The position numbers and the translations under genes are program-made. DNA of 64,000 nucleotides from Felis catus (taxonomy: Eukaryota): positions 54,624,001-54,688,000 of the forward strand of contig NC_058368.1 of NCBI RefSeq assembly GCF_018350175.1. Reading direction: 5' to 3'. The notes under the pieces were generated by a model. The model ran no database searches, was not told where the DNA came from, and saw nothing but the letters and a program-made list of their open reading frames with translations. Positions within the stretch are counted from its first letter, which is position 1; every line of letters begins with the position of its first letter. This document shows, piece by piece, positions 62,598 through 64,000 of this stretch.

Positions 62598-64000
62598 ATT
62601 GTTATAAGGCAAGGACAACATCAGATCAGGAAAATCTTGACAGCCATGTTGTAACCCCAAACTTCTGAATTAAAACCAAATAGATAATAGATGACCCTTC
62701 TTCCTTAACATAGCAAACTTACTGAAGATCTAGACATTTTGGATCCTTTCATTCCATATTTGGGGGAAACTCTACACTACTTTATAGAAAAAATATCTTA
62801 TATACTATTAAAACATTGAAACTATGATAGATACTTCATGCACATTCCCCATACATCCTATATTTATAAATGCATTTTATATAAAACTAGATGATACAAT
62901 AAATATGTGTCAATGTATTTATATAATTATTTTCCAGGAACAGTAAGACAATAAAAAGTCCATAATGTATCTGTGTATATTAATTTTGTGCTTTATAAAC
63001 CTTTACTTTTATGCACTTTTTAAGCAATTTAAGGGTTCTGACAGAAATTTATGCTCATAACTTTGGGGGTGAAAAGATGATATAGGAAATGCCTTGCCAC
63101 ATTATGTCAGAGTTGATTTTTTTTTCTTGATTGCTGTTTTTATGACACTAGAGCAATGAGCTCCTGGAGAAGGGAAAGCTTTTTATGAAAACCTTAAATT
63201 ATTGATTGGCAAGTTAAACTTAACTGCTCAAAAAGGCCTTAAGGTAAAATTTCAGGATAAAGCTAAAATTAAAAAAAATACTGAGATAAAACAGTTTTAC
63301 AAAATACAAAGGGGTATAAAATATAATATGGAGACACAGGATAGCTTTCAAAAGGAAGTATAGGGATTAATTAAGATACTTTTAGTATACATAAAAACAA
63401 ATCTAAAAAAAATAGAGAGAGTAATGTGCAATACTCCAATGAATTTACATAGTTTATACAGTATTCTTACAAACGTAAAATTATTTCCAACAATATACAG
63501 GGTGGGTTTAATGAATATACTATGGCATTGGATAAATGCTTATTTAAAATTTTATCATCTTTGAATTCAGTTAGATGAGCACTACAATTATTCTCATTAA
63601 AAAAGTCTATGATTAATTACTCTCACTTTGATTTTAAATTATTTTGTAAATAAATGTAGATGGAGTAATGCTGTTTGGCAAGGGTGCATACACTTCTATG
63701 GAAATTATGTACTACTAATAAAAGCATTCTTAGTAAGTCAACTGATCAGGTAAGTATTGAGATTATTTTCTAAAATAATTTTTAACTATTTTTAAAATAT
63801 GTGCCAAGAAAACATATATCTATAATTAAAATATTCAGCTAAATGGATATATTATTATAAAATCATGTCAAAACATTTATTTGAATTTACTTTCTGACTT
63901 CCTACAAATTAAATGCTTCTCAAGTAGGGGAGGGCAAAACTTCCTCTTCCTTGGAGGGCTGGACTGACTAGTATTATTTGCAAATGTTATGAGTTTTGGA

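Noticed and set aside
1..64000. The many 60-135 aa ORFs in the track
   Set aside because: Most are translations of CAN-SINEs (AQVMIS.../LSLSLS/RERERE), L1 antisense strands or microsatellites; none of the rest resembles a protein I recognise.

Overview
AT-rich, repeat-dense mammalian DNA. The carnivore tRNA-derived CAN-SINEs are of the SINEC_Fc type and one L1 has a feline-type 5' end, so the source is almost certainly a felid. I recognise no host protein-coding exon, RNA gene, CpG island or CRISPR array, so this looks like a large intron or intergenic region. It contains 26 CAN-SINEs (most with readable target-site duplications, TSDs) and several LINE-1 copies: one near full-length, two with the 5' end fused directly to the 3' end, and older L1M fragments. 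There is also a decayed ERVL-type pol, solo LTRs (MLT1, MLT2, LTR40-like, MER34-like), MER63/MER104-like DNA transposons, and MIR, L2 and CR1/L3 relics. Family names are from recall of consensus sequences, not a search. The most notable signal is mutational. Three separate L1 copies have a (TA)n/(TG)n microsatellite at the same position in the ORF2 C-terminus, and two of them have captured inverted copies of nearby DNA. One is a 177-bp, 96%-identical inverted copy of sequence 0.8 kb away; the other is a perfect 84-bp palindrome with a duplicated arm. Smaller template-switch scars occur elsewhere in the window. I found no evidence of a new gene system.
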